From Synechococcus sp. (lineage in GTDB: Bacteria; Cyanobacteriota; Cyanobacteriia; PCC-6307; Cyanobiaceae), in the NCBI GenBank assembly GCA_047285535.1, contig JBJBDC010000001.1, forward strand, positions 1,856,136-1,920,135: a DNA stretch of 64,000 nt, given 5' to 3'. Numbering within the stretch: position 1 is the first letter of the stretch; each line of letters begins with the position of its first letter. The translations under genes and the position numbers were made by a program. The notes beneath the pieces are model-generated. The model was not told the DNA's origin and did no database searches. It saw only the letters and a list, made by a program, of their open reading frames with translations. This document shows positions 41,211 to 51,164 of the stretch, piece by piece.

Positions 41211-41729
41211 TTATGGACTTGGCAACCGCAAAATCTCTTGTGATTCCACCTGCAGAGTCGAAAAGCCCAGCTCTTTCGCCTTTGCATTCAATAACGAAGG
41301 ATCATCAACAGCAATCCCTGGCTGGCATGCAGCCCACCACACCAAATGGTGCTCCCGATTAGCCGAGGTCAAAGGACCGCCAGGATTGAGACGATTCAGA
41401 TAGATCGCTGTCTCATCTCGCGTGACACGCATGGGCTCGTTCCGACTGCAATTCACTGATTCCGTAGGGATGATCAGATTGTCGGGAGATTCTCTCCAAA
41501 GCTTGTACCGCCTTAAATCAGGATCAGCCGGATCGGCCTGAATAGCAAAAATGCCAAGGGTGTATGTACCTCCCACTTCACGCCGATCCAGCACAACCAG
41601 ATCTGAGGGGCGCGACGCCCGCATCCGTTCAAGGACCTTCTGTCGCACAGATGTCTCTGCCACGCCAGGCTGAAGCACACCGATCGCGAGGCAACCAAGA
41701 CAGGTCAACCCAACAGCCGCACGCATCAC
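41211..41729 (-). CDS. hypothetical secreted protein
   Basis: N-terminal signal peptide; LNPGG and HLVWWAAC motifs. Confidence 0.65.
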   Translation of the reverse strand: MMRAAVGLTCLGCLAIGVLQPGVAETSVRQKVLERMRASRPSDLVVLDRREVGGTYTLGIFAIQADPADPDLRRYKLWRESPDNLIIPTESVNCSRNEPMRVTRDETAIYLNRLNPGGPLTSANREHHLVWWAACQPGIAVDDPSLLNAKAKELGFSTLQVESQEILRLPSP

Positions 41730-41750
41730 ATCGGACTACAGACTTCCACC

Positions 41751-42932
41751 ATGCTGCCAAGCTCTAACGCCGTTGCGCCTCAAGTGGCCCCTATCGCCCT
41801 CGACCATCAAGCCACCACGCCATGTCATCCGGATGTTGTGACCGCGATGTTGCCCTGGTGGAGCGAGCAGTGGGGTAATCCTTCCAGCCGGCAACACCGA
41901 CTGGGCCTGACGGCTGCAGCCGCCGTACAGCTTGCCCGCGAACAATTAAGTCATTGCCTTGGCTGCCAAGCCGATCAGCTGATCTTCACCAGCGGAGCAA
42001 CAGAAGCCAACAACATCGCCCTGCTCGGACACGCGCGTGCCATCGCCAATCAACGAGGAGGACCTGGGCATCTGATCAGCATGCTCACGGAACATCATGC
42101 CGTTCTCGACCCCCTGCAGCAGCTGCAGCGAGAAGGCTTTCGAATCACACTGCTAGCGCCGGAGCCGGATGGTCGCCTTGACCCCCAAAAGCTTGAGGCC
42201 ACGATCACTGAAGACACTCAGTTGATCAGCGTGATGTTGGCCAACAATGAAATCGGTGTCATTCAGCCACTCCCGGAGCTCGCGGCGATCTGCAGAGCCC
42301 AGGGAGTGACCCTACACAGCGATGCCGCTCAGGCCTTCGGCCACATCTCTCTGAATACTCAACAGCTTGGGGCAGATCTACTCAGCCTGAGTGCCCACAA
42401 GATGAACGGACCGAAAGGGATCGGTGCCCTGATCTGTAGCCCGGATCTATCAATACAGCCTCTGCAGTGGGGCGGTAGCCAAGAACGGGGCTTAAGACCT
42501 GGCACCCTGCCGGTGCCCCTGATCATGGGATTTGCCAAAGCGGCAGAGCTGGCAATGAAAGACCTCAACAGCCGCAGCCAGAGGCTGCGGGCCTTGCGCG
42601 ACCGGCTATGGCAAGAATTGAAAGCAAAGCACCCAGTATTGATTCTCAACGGAAGTGCCACGGCTCGACTTCCCCATAACCTCAACATCACCGTTCCTGC
42701 TGTGTCAGGAAGCAAACTGCACAAAGCACTCCGTTCCCATGTGTCCTGCAGCAGTGGATCAGCCTGCAGCAGGGGCGAACCTTCCCACGTGCTGAAGGCT
42801 TTAGGACGGAGTCATCAAGAAGCTGAAGCATCCCTGCGCCTGAGCCTGGGGCGCAACACCTCTGACAACGACATCGACAGTGCTATTCAGGCCATTAACA
42901 AAGTCATCCACGAATTGCGTCATAAAGCATGA
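41751..42932 (+). CDS. iscS: cysteine desulfurase
   Basis: LDHQATTP, FTSGATEANN, SAHKMNGPKG, SSGSAC. Confidence 0.93.
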   Translation: MLPSSNAVAPQVAPIALDHQATTPCHPDVVTAMLPWWSEQWGNPSSRQHRLGLTAAAAVQLAREQLSHCLGCQADQLIFTSGATEANNIALLGHARAIANQRGGPGHLISMLTEHHAVLDPLQQLQREGFRITLLAPEPDGRLDPQKLEATITEDTQLISVMLANNEIGVIQPLPELAAICRAQGVTLHSDAAQAFGHISLNTQQLGADLLSLSAHKMNGPKGIGALICSPDLSIQPLQWGGSQERGLRPGTLPVPLIMGFAKAAELAMKDLNSRSQRLRALRDRLWQELKAKHPVLILNGSATARLPHNLNITVPAVSGSKLHKALRSHVSCSSGSACSRGEPSHVLKALGRSHQEAEASLRLSLGRNTSDNDIDSAIQAINKVIHELRHKA

Positions 42933-42987
42933 AATAAATGGTATTCCTCGCTACTTTCCGCCCAAGCCTATTGATTCAACACAGGTA

Positions 42988-43758
42988 ATGAGCGAACCCA
43001 CGGGAAGCAGCCAACTGCATGTCTTGCAAGCTGTCGAGGACGGCTGGAAAGCCTTCGCCAAAGCCCCCTGGACCTTTCTCCTTTTCCAGGCACTGGTGGC
43101 AGTGATTGCCCTGCCCTTTGCCGCACTCGCAGGCCTCAGCGGTGCGCGTTTAGCAGCCGTGGAAGGGATTCCTGAAATTCACCCTGTCGGAGCAGGTTTC
43201 CTTCTGGTTGTTGGCTTGATCGGTTACATCATCGTTGTGCTTTGGGGTGTGGTCGGCCTTGTACGCGGCGCCTGGACCAGCCTGGAAGGACACAAACCCA
43301 GTTTCCGAACGTTTGCCCGTTGGGATGGCGATGCAGCTGGACGACTCTTCATCAGGGGCATTTGCTTCGCCATCGTGTTGTTCATCATCGGAGCGATCTG
43401 CTCTCTGGTCGGATTTGGTCTCGGCCAAATCAATCAAGCGCTCATCTTGATCCCGGCAATTGTCGCTCTTGTCCTCTTTATCTACCTGAGCATCAATCAA
43501 AAGTTCCTTCCTTTTGTTGCTCTGCTTGAAAAGAACGCCCCCTTTGAAGCCATTCAGCGTGGGCGAGCTGTCGTGGATCCCTCCTGGTGGATGGTGGTGT
43601 GGTTCTTCATTGTTGAAGCTGTGATCAACGCCATCGCAGCAGGCTTCCAGTACGCCGGATTGTTCGTGGTCGTTCCCTTCTTGGTTTGCATCTCAACAGC
43701 GGCCTATCGACAGTTGTTCGGCTGCGAAGACCAAACAGCCTTACTGAGCGAGAACTAA
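42988..43758 (+). CDS. hypothetical multi-pass membrane protein
   Basis: Several TM helices; start placed at MSEPTG to avoid overlap with iscS. Confidence 0.75.
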   Translation: MSEPTGSSQLHVLQAVEDGWKAFAKAPWTFLLFQALVAVIALPFAALAGLSGARLAAVEGIPEIHPVGAGFLLVVGLIGYIIVVLWGVVGLVRGAWTSLEGHKPSFRTFARWDGDAAGRLFIRGICFAIVLFIIGAICSLVGFGLGQINQALILIPAIVALVLFIYLSINQKFLPFVALLEKNAPFEAIQRGRAVVDPSWWMVVWFFIVEAVINAIAAGFQYAGLFVVVPFLVCISTAAYRQLFGCEDQTALLSEN

Positions 43759-44301
43759 AGAACTAAGTCCAACAAAGGCTGCTACACCAAGCAAAGCCAA
43801 CACAAGTTGGGCCAGACGACTGACAAGAAGTCCGGCCACAACAGCTAAACCAACGACAGACCCTTGGCGCAACGCCTCAAGCCACCCCAAACTCCGGGGT
43901 GGCTTTGTTGTGACCCAGGTCTCAACGACCAGTGCTCCCAGCCAGGGACCAAACAAGGCCCCAAGCAATGGTCCCCCAAAAGGGAGTGCTGGTAAAAGGC
44001 CCAATATCCCGAAGAGAAGCCCAACACCGGCCCCCAGCGCAGACCAGCGACTGGCCTTTAGACGCACCGATGCCAGACCCAAAGCCAAAAGATCGGCTGC
44101 GAGACCAAGACCAAACAACACCAAGGCCACAACAAGCTCAGGCCAGGCTTCTGCCCAACCAACAGTCATCATCCAAATCAAGGCGCCCGCCGGAAGCCAA
44201 ATCAGGCCCGGCAAAAGGGGCAACAACGTGCCAGGAATCGCCAGGACCTGCACGCACAAGGCGATCCACCACAACCAGTCTGGATTCCAATCAATCGTCA
44301 T
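43741..44301 (-). CDS. DUF456-family membrane protein
   Basis: GTLLPLLPG and [11 protein letters not shown]ly-rich TM pattern. Confidence 0.8.
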   Translation of the reverse strand: MTIDWNPDWLWWIALCVQVLAIPGTLLPLLPGLIWLPAGALIWMMTVGWAEAWPELVVALVLFGLGLAADLLALGLASVRLKASRWSALGAGVGLLFGILGLLPALPFGGPLLGALFGPWLGALVVETWVTTKPPRSLGWLEALRQGSVVGLAVVAGLLVSRLAQLVLALLGVAAFVGLSSLVLAQ

Positions 44302-45230
44302 TGTTCAGACCTCGAATCCTGAACACAACGACGAGCAATCCGCAGTTTTGCGCTGCGACTGCGCGGATTATCTGACTGCTCGTGCTCTGAGGCCATCAGC
44401 GGTTTACGCGTGAGCCGCTCCATCCGCTCATCGTGGAGAAAGGCAGTTTTCACTCTGCGATCCTCCAAGGAATGAAAACTGATAATCGCCAGCAGGCCTC
44501 CTGGCTTCAGCCACCCAGGGGCGCGCTGGAGCAATCGATCCAGCGCGCCCAGCTCATCGTTCACTGCAATTCGCAGGGCCTGAAAGGTGCGAGTAGCGGG
44601 ATGGATGCGTGCACGCCGCGCTTTGGGGGGATAACAACCAGCCACGGCATAGGCCAAAGCTGCCGTGCCGGTATAGGCCCCCTGGACTTCCAAATCAGCC
44701 TTAATCCGCCTAGCAATCCTGCGTGAAAAGCGTTCCTCGCCAAAGCTGTAAATCAAGTCAGCCAAGGCATTGACGTCCAACCGCTCAATCATCTCTGCGG
44801 CCGTTTCACCTCCAGCGGCAGGGTTCATGCGCATGTCTAGGGGACCATCCAAACGGAAACTGAATCCTCTAGACGCCACATCTAATTGAGGACTGCTCAC
44901 TCCCAGATCTGCCAACACCAGTGAAACCGGTTCGACCGGTTCAAACGCAGCAAAGTTGATCGGCACGATCTGCACACGCTCAAGAAAGGGTTCCAGCCTT
45001 GAAGCTGCCGCTGCCCTTGCCGTGGAGTCCTGATCCAGGCCGATCAAACGGATGCCAGCAAAGCGTTCCAGAATGAGTTTGCTATGCCCACCGCCTCCGA
45101 GAGTGGCATCAATGACAGCGTTGTTCTCCCATAGGACCTTGGGCTGCTGAACCAGCACCTCCATCAGCGTTTCAGCCAACACAGGCACGTGGCTGAACGC
45201 CAGATCAGATGGCTGAGAGTGATCGGACAT
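44298..45230 (-). CDS. rsmH: 16S rRNA m4C1402 methyltransferase
   Basis: [56 protein letters not shown]. Confidence 0.97.
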   Translation of the reverse strand: MSDHSQPSDLAFSHVPVLAETLMEVLVQQPKVLWENNAVIDATLGGGGHSKLILERFAGIRLIGLDQDSTARAAAASRLEPFLERVQIVPINFAAFEPVEPVSLVLADLGVSSPQLDVASRGFSFRLDGPLDMRMNPAAGGETAAEMIERLDVNALADLIYSFGEERFSRRIARRIKADLEVQGAYTGTAALAYAVAGCYPPKARRARIHPATRTFQALRIAVNDELGALDRLLQRAPGWLKPGGLLAIISFHSLEDRRVKTAFLHDERMERLTRKPLMASEHEQSDNPRSRSAKLRIARRCVQDSRSEQ

Positions 45231-45275
45231 CGGTTCTTCCTAAGATCCTGATAACGCAATGAACCTCGGCTCACC

Positions 45276-46460
45276 ATGACGCAGCTGGAAACGCGCACAG
45301 AGCCGATGGTGATCAACTTCGGTCCCCATCACCCCTCAATGCATGGAGTGCTGCGGCTCGTCGTGACTTTGGACGGTGAAGACGTTGTGGATTGCGAGCC
45401 TGTCATCGGCTATCTCCACCGCGGCATGGAGAAGATCGCCGAGAATCGCACCAACGTGATGTATGTGCCCTATGTCAGCCGCATGGACTACGCGGCCGGC
45501 ATGTTCTACGAGGCCATCGTGGTGAACGCACCAGAACGTCTGGCCGACATTCCTGTCCCCAAAAGGGCCAGCTACATCAGGGTCTTGATGCTGGAGCTCA
45601 ATCGGATCGCCAATCACCTGCTTTGGCTTGGCCCCTTCCTCGCTGATGTGGGTGCCCAAACTCCATTCTTTTACATCTTTCGTGAACGGGAGATGATTTA
45701 CGACCTATGGGAGGCAGCCACGGGTCAGCGACTGATTAACAACAATTATTTCCGTATCGGTGGTGTTGCCGCCGATCTGCCCTGGGGCTGGCTGGAAAAA
45801 TGTCGGGACTTCTGCGACTGGTTTGGTCCAAAGATCGATGAATATGAAAAATTAATCACGAATAATCCGATTTTCCGTCGCCGGATTGAAGGTCTTGGCG
45901 TTATTGGCAAAGACGAAGCGATCAACTGGAGCTTGTCAGGACCGATGTTGCGTGCCTCAGGTGTGCCATGGGATCTCCGTAAAGTGGATCACTACGAGTG
46001 CTATGACGATTTCGATTGGAATGTGGTCTTTGAAAAGGAGGGAGACTGCTTCGCCCGCTATCGCGTGCGCATCGGAGAGATGCGTCAATCGCTGAAAATC
46101 CTCCGCCAAGCCTGCGACATGATCCCCGGAGGGCCAACAGAAAATCTCGAAGCCACACGCATGACCGAGGGCAAAGACAGCTCCCTTGCTGGTTTCGACT
46201 ACCAATATGTGGCCAAAAAAGTAGCGCCGACCTTCAAGATTCCCAACGGGGAGTTGTACACCCGCCTTGAATCAGGGAAAGGGGAAATTGGAGTGTTCAT
46301 CCAAGGCAACAATGATGTCACTCCATGGCGATTCAAGATCAGGGCCGCAGACAGCAACAATCTGCAGATCCTTCCTCACATCCTCAAGGGACACAAAGTC
46401 GCCGACATCATGGCGATCTTGGGATCCATTGACGTGATCATGGGGTCCGTCGATCGCTAA
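45276..46460 (+). CDS. ndhH: NDH-1 subunit H
   Basis: [25 protein letters not shown]-terminal GSVDR. Confidence 0.98.
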   Translation: MTQLETRTEPMVINFGPHHPSMHGVLRLVVTLDGEDVVDCEPVIGYLHRGMEKIAENRTNVMYVPYVSRMDYAAGMFYEAIVVNAPERLADIPVPKRASYIRVLMLELNRIANHLLWLGPFLADVGAQTPFFYIFREREMIYDLWEAATGQRLINNNYFRIGGVAADLPWGWLEKCRDFCDWFGPKIDEYEKLITNNPIFRRRIEGLGVIGKDEAINWSLSGPMLRASGVPWDLRKVDHYECYDDFDWNVVFEKEGDCFARYRVRIGEMRQSLKILRQACDMIPGGPTENLEATRMTEGKDSSLAGFDYQYVAKKVAPTFKIPNGELYTRLESGKGEIGVFIQGNNDVTPWRFKIRAADSNNLQILPHILKGHKVADIMAILGSIDVIMGSVDR

Positions 46461-46477
46461 ACGATCTGAACCACATT

Positions 46478-46879
46478 GTGCGCCAACTTCGCCGGTCAGG
46501 GTTCTTCATCCCAACTGCTCTGACCGCTGTTCTCTGGTTCAAAGGACGCTATCCACAAGTCCCTGGCTGGGGCTGCCCTTTTCGAGCCCTTACAGGGATT
46601 CCCGGTCCGGGGTGTTACCTGACGAGAGCAACCTCAGCCGCTCTCACCGGTGACTTTCAACTTGCCTTGGACTTCCATCTGTTTGGACCAATCGTGGCGG
46701 CAGCGTTGCTTGGATGGAGCCTCATGGCTCTTCACAAGCGACGGTTCATCCCAGTGCGTGTCGCTCTTGCACCGATGAGCATCATCACCTCAGCCTTCGT
46801 TCTGTATTGGCTGCTTCGGCTGGTGCTCAGCTATGGCTTTGGAGTCGTTGGTTCGCCAGGCTTTCCAGCAACAGGCTGA
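46478..46879 (+). CDS. DUF2752-family membrane protein
   Basis: CPFRALTGIPGPGCYLTRA followed by TM helices. Confidence 0.8.
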   Translation: MRQLRRSGFFIPTALTAVLWFKGRYPQVPGWGCPFRALTGIPGPGCYLTRATSAALTGDFQLALDFHLFGPIVAAALLGWSLMALHKRRFIPVRVALAPMSIITSAFVLYWLLRLVLSYGFGVVGSPGFPATG

Positions 46880-46918
46880 GCCCATCCACTGCGCTTCTCC
46901 GTCGCCGTTCCCATCACC

Positions 46919-47377
46919 GTGCCATCCTCCGACCACTGGCTTCAGCTCCAACGAAACGTCCGCTTTGGGGAGACCGATGCCGCCGGCGTCATGCATTTTT
47001 ACCAGCTATTTCGCTGGTGCCACGAAGCCTGGGAAGAGAGCCTCGCGCGTTATGGCATCGCCGCGGCCGCCATCTTCCCAGGCTGTCGAGATCTCTGTCA
47101 GATGCCAACCGTGGCCCTACCAGTGGTGCATTGCGAAGCCGATTTCCAACGGCCAGTGCATGGCGGCGATGACCTGCGGATCCTTCTAGAACCGCAACGG
47201 CTCAACCCGGGCTGTTTCGAGGTGAAGTACCGCTTTCAGCTTGAGGGTATGGATGTTGCTCGTGGTCTGATTCGGCACCTAGCCATCGAGTCTGAAAGTC
47301 GCAAAAGGTGCGCCTTACCGGAACCCATCGATCTCTGGCTGGAAGCTTCAACCGTAGGGAGACTCGAAGCGATCTAA
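46919..47377 (+). CDS. 1,4-dihydroxy-2-naphthoyl-CoA thioesterase (hot-dog fold)
   Basis: VRFGETDAAGVMHF, CHEAWEESL, LPVVHCEADF; located beside the men genes. Confidence 0.85.
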   Translation: MPSSDHWLQLQRNVRFGETDAAGVMHFYQLFRWCHEAWEESLARYGIAAAAIFPGCRDLCQMPTVALPVVHCEADFQRPVHGGDDLRILLEPQRLNPGCFEVKYRFQLEGMDVARGLIRHLAIESESRKRCALPEPIDLWLEASTVGRLEAI

Positions 47378-47571
47378 TCGCAACGTCGTTGCGAAGACAC
47401 AACAGTGATCGCCCACACCAATCCAGCAACCTGGAGCGGCAGCATGCAAGCCGCAATCACCAAAGGGTGAAAGCCGTGATGCGCATGAGTGGATAAGGCT
47501 GTTCCACTGACGCCAGCTGCCATCGCGAGCAGCAAGGTGGTCGCTGATGGCCAAACACGGGGCATTGCCAT
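47374..47571 (-). CDS. small hypothetical membrane protein
   Basis: Two hydrophobic segments; ATG overlaps the TM2 gene stop (TGATG). Confidence 0.5.
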   Translation of the reverse strand: MAMPRVWPSATTLLLAMAAGVSGTALSTHAHHGFHPLVIAACMLPLQVAGLVWAITVVSSQRRCD

Positions 47572-47849
47572 CAGAACCAAGCCTTTTGCTGCTCGAGATA
47601 CATCTCCCGGAATTCGTCTGTGGATTTCGTGAGATAGATGATGCCTTCAATCATTCCAATGACTGACATCACACCAGTCGCGATCCCACAGGTCACAACA
47701 CCACCCGCCAAACTCACCACCAACATGATGATTCCGGCGTTGTTGTACCCCAACACAAACTTGTGAATTCCGAATGAGCCCAAAAAAATGCCCAACAGAC
47801 CTGCTGCCAGCTTTTTGTTGCTGATTTCAGTTTCCGACAGCACGGTCAT
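47571..47849 (-). CDS. TM2-domain protein
   Basis: KKLAAGLLGIFLGSFGIHKFVLG, IEGIIYL. Confidence 0.88.
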   Translation of the reverse strand: MTVLSETEISNKKLAAGLLGIFLGSFGIHKFVLGYNNAGIIMLVVSLAGGVVTCGIATGVMSVIGMIEGIIYLTKSTDEFREMYLEQQKAWF

Positions 47850-47853
47850 GGAC

Positions 47854-49137
47854 CTAGCGCAGACGACTTGATTCTTGCGACTCCAACCATGCCTGCCAAC
47901 GGCCCCGTTCCCATTTGCCCTCCAACGAAGGTTCAAGAACCGCGCATTCGAGCCATTGCATCGGCTGCTCGGCTGGAAGCCAGCCTGAGGTCATCGAGCG
48001 CAGGGAGGCGTGCAGCGAAGCCCAGCCCACGGACTCGATCCAGCCATCACGGCAACGCACCAACGCCACCAAACGCTGCCCCCATTCCTGACTGGCAACC
48101 GGCAGCAGCAGCACCGCTTCCAACGGCAGTCCCTGCTCCTGGGCTTGATGCAGCAGGCGTTGGCTGAGCTGCTCAGGAAACACCGTTTCACCTCCGGAAT
48201 GGATGGCACCATCGATCCGGCCTTGTATCTGCACTTTTAGAGCCCCATCTCCTGCGGTGATCAAAGCGGCAGCATCTCCGCTGCACCACCAACCCTCGGA
48301 ATCCACAAGAGGGTCCAGCCGCCCATCAAGCCAGCGCGCGAGCGCCAAACGCCGCGTCTTCACCCTCAACACACCATCCCGATCCAGGCGCAGCTCCACA
48401 TCATCGAGAGGTACACCACATCCCAGCTCCCCCTGAAGAAAACGATCGGGCGCCTGCGCCACCACCATCGCAGCTGTTTCCGTAGATCCATAACAAGGAG
48501 CAAGGCGAATCCCCAACTCGCGAGCACGCTCAGCCAGGGGGGCAGGAAGCCCGGCTCCTCCCACCCAAACCAGCGCCAAATGCCGCAACCACGACACCCC
48601 CTCAGGGTGATCCAGCAACCGTTTGAGCTGTGTGGGCACTAAAGACACCACAGCCGGTTTCTGGCCCCAACGTGGTAAGTCCAAACAGGTTGCCAGCAAG
48701 GACGGCGGATTTTTCATCAATGGCGGAGGAAGCGACACGTGCTGCGCGCCCCAAAGGCGACCGCGCCACCAGGGCATCAGGCCACTGATGTGATGAAGCG
48801 GCAGGGGGTTGAGCAAGATCAACCCCTCGGGGCTGAGCCCAATCCCCTCCAGCCACCGACCACACGCTGCAGCAGAGCGATCCAAGTGGGTCCAGGGCTG
48901 GAGGCACAAGCTGCGCCCCCCCTGGCTGCCACCACTGGCTAACACCACACCACCACCGAGCGGCCAATCAAAGGCAGAGCTTGAAGGGTCGTCATCGGCT
49001 TGACCCCCACCAGCCTGAACCGCTTGTAGGTGCACCCAAGCCCCCGCCTCCACCGCTTGCTGCAAGGCAGCGAAGGTCTCGCTGGCTCCCCCGGGCTGCA
49101 CCACCAATGGCACCAGTGCCTGGACGTCGGCGCTCAC
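47854..49137 (-). CDS. menE: o-succinylbenzoate-CoA ligase
   Basis: SGGSQG, LPLHHISG, SLVPTQL, YGSTET, GRIDGAIHSGGETVFPE. Confidence 0.88.
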   Translation of the reverse strand: MSADVQALVPLVVQPGGASETFAALQQAVEAGAWVHLQAVQAGGGQADDDPSSSAFDWPLGGGVVLASGGSQGGRSLCLQPWTHLDRSAAACGRWLEGIGLSPEGLILLNPLPLHHISGLMPWWRGRLWGAQHVSLPPPLMKNPPSLLATCLDLPRWGQKPAVVSLVPTQLKRLLDHPEGVSWLRHLALVWVGGAGLPAPLAERARELGIRLAPCYGSTETAAMVVAQAPDRFLQGELGCGVPLDDVELRLDRDGVLRVKTRRLALARWLDGRLDPLVDSEGWWCSGDAAALITAGDGALKVQIQGRIDGAIHSGGETVFPEQLSQRLLHQAQEQGLPLEAVLLLPVASQEWGQRLVALVRCRDGWIESVGWASLHASLRSMTSGWLPAEQPMQWLECAVLEPSLEGKWERGRWQAWLESQESSRLR

Positions 49138-50144
49138 CCGCTCACCTCAGCTGCGGCCCAGACCTCTGCCGGATCGGAACTGAACAACGGACCCTCCGGA
49201 CACCAACCGGGAGCCAGCCCAGGGGACGCTGGCGTTGGCCCTTGGGCCTGCAGGGCCGCCAGGTGAGACAACCAGCGACCCCCAATACCGGTTTCAAAGG
49301 CCGTGCTCAGCATCAAGCGAGGCACACCACGAGATAGCTTCCGCAGAAGGGGCCTTGGATCTCCCTCCAAAAGCGGACGACGGACCTGCCAGCTCTGCCA
49401 CTGATCACGCCAGGCGGGATAAGCCTGCAGGGACTCATCAAGAGCCACCGGCACCACCGCAGCAATGGCCTTCAGGCCCTCCAGATCAGACGCAGCAAGC
49501 GGTTGCTCGAACCACTCGAGGCGTGGGTCCTCACGCAGCCTCTCCACCCAGCGCCAGGCCTGGGGGCGGTCCCAGCCAGCATTGGCATCGAGCCGCAACC
49601 GTGCTGAAGCAGGAAGTTGGTCAAGCAAAACCTTGAGCAGCCACCACTCCTCCTCGGGGTCGCATGCCGCCACCTTCCATTTAAGCGTGAACGGCAGGCT
49701 GAAAGGAACGTTGGAAGCAACCCTAGAAGGAACACAGGCCAGAAGGCGATCGAGTGCATCCAGCATCCTTTCTCCTGCAGGCAATAAATGAGCCGACGCT
49801 GGGGCCTGGAGCCATCCGCCGCAGGAGGCACTCCCCAACTCTCCGGCGAGCTCCGCCAAGGCCGCACCAATTGCAAAGGCCAACGCTGCCGGTACCTTCC
49901 CCAGCAACCGTTCAAGGCTGAAGGCATTCCAGAGAGCCCCAGGCTCCATCATCCGAACCAGGGCAGCCTGGCAGGCCTCAAACTGCTCAGCCGTCAGTGG
50001 CGACACCTCACCCCATCCGAGATGACCGGCCGGATCCTGCAATCTCAACAACCAGCCACGGCGCTGCTGCAGCACCCCGGCGGCGGTCTGCAGTGGTCGC
50101 GTGAGGTGGAACGCATAGGGCTTGATCTTGAGGCAGAGATCCAT
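49134..50144 (-). CDS. menC: o-succinylbenzoate synthase
   Basis: GWGEVSPL, KWKVA, LRLDANAGW, EQPL, ALDESL. Confidence 0.9.
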   Translation of the reverse strand: MDLCLKIKPYAFHLTRPLQTAAGVLQQRRGWLLRLQDPAGHLGWGEVSPLTAEQFEACQAALVRMMEPGALWNAFSLERLLGKVPAALAFAIGAALAELAGELGSASCGGWLQAPASAHLLPAGERMLDALDRLLACVPSRVASNVPFSLPFTLKWKVAACDPEEEWWLLKVLLDQLPASARLRLDANAGWDRPQAWRWVERLREDPRLEWFEQPLAASDLEGLKAIAAVVPVALDESLQAYPAWRDQWQSWQVRRPLLEGDPRPLLRKLSRGVPRLMLSTAFETGIGGRWLSHLAALQAQGPTPASPGLAPGWCPEGPLFSSDPAEVWAAAEVSG

Positions 50145-50149
50145 GCGTT

Positions 50150-51094
50150 TCAGCTCAATACGGACCCAAGCGCCAATCCAGCACTTAAACCAAGACCGTT
50201 TAAAGCCTGAAAACGAAGCGCCAAAAATTTGCTCCCGGCAATTCGATCCGGTTCAGCGTGGTGATCGCGCAGCAAACGAATCAACGTTGATGCAGCCGGT
50301 AGTCCAATCACGCTGAACAAGGCTGTCAGCGGCCAATCCCCATGCAGCACAGGCACCCATTCCAATGCAAGGGTGCCGGCCACAAACCAAGGCACCATGG
50401 CCGCAGCTTTAGCCGTACCCATCCGCACCACAGGGGAGATTTTTCCGTGGGCCGCATCCTCCTCCACCTGATGAAAATGAGAGCAGAACAACACCAGAGA
50501 CGTGGCAATTGCTGGGCCTGAGCCAAGCATCAGGGCGAGCTGCCAAGGCACAACAGTTTGATGAGCAGGAGCCAACACCAGCAACGCCGCTGCGGTAGCA
50601 AACGGCCCAAACGCCAGCCAGCAAAGAGGCTCCCCCAATCCCCGATATCCCAAGCGGAAGGGTGGACCTTGATACAGGTATCCCAGCCCACAACTCACGA
50701 GCACCAGAGGAAGCACAGCGAACGAACTGCGCAACGCGAGCGTCAACATCAAGGCCAGGCCTAAAAACAACGCAAGACAGGCCCAACGACTGACAGACCG
50801 GCGTTGACCCACCAGCGTCACGATCGAATGCGGTTTGCCGGCCTTATCAACACCTGTTTCTGCGTCAAACACGTCATTGCTGAGGTTCTCCCAAAGAAGA
50901 AGCAGCACCGCCGCGAGCAAAAACCCCAAGAAATGATCCCAACGCACCGAGGCCTGGACACCTTGTCGCCAACCGGCAGCTAACACCACAGGCATCACGG
51001 CAACCGAATACATCCGCCACTTGATTGCGGCCTTCCAGAGGCGTTGACGATCGGACATGGCGTAACGGGTTGCGACAGCCTGGGGATCTGGCAT
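50150..51094 (-). CDS. menA: DHNA phytyltransferase
   Basis: NLSNDVFD, YQGPPFRLGY, SHFHQVEEDAAHGK. Confidence 0.92.
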   Translation of the reverse strand: MPDPQAVATRYAMSDRQRLWKAAIKWRMYSVAVMPVVLAAGWRQGVQASVRWDHFLGFLLAAVLLLLWENLSNDVFDAETGVDKAGKPHSIVTLVGQRRSVSRWACLALFLGLALMLTLALRSSFAVLPLVLVSCGLGYLYQGPPFRLGYRGLGEPLCWLAFGPFATAAALLVLAPAHQTVVPWQLALMLGSGPAIATSLVLFCSHFHQVEEDAAHGKISPVVRMGTAKAAAMVPWFVAGTLALEWVPVLHGDWPLTALFSVIGLPAASTLIRLLRDHHAEPDRIAGSKFLALRFQALNGLGLSAGLALGSVLS

Positions 51095-51164
51095 GGGCTG
51101 GATCCAGACACACCGCGACAGGGCTCATACATTTGAGCAGGACGCTGCACGGATTCGCCTGCGC

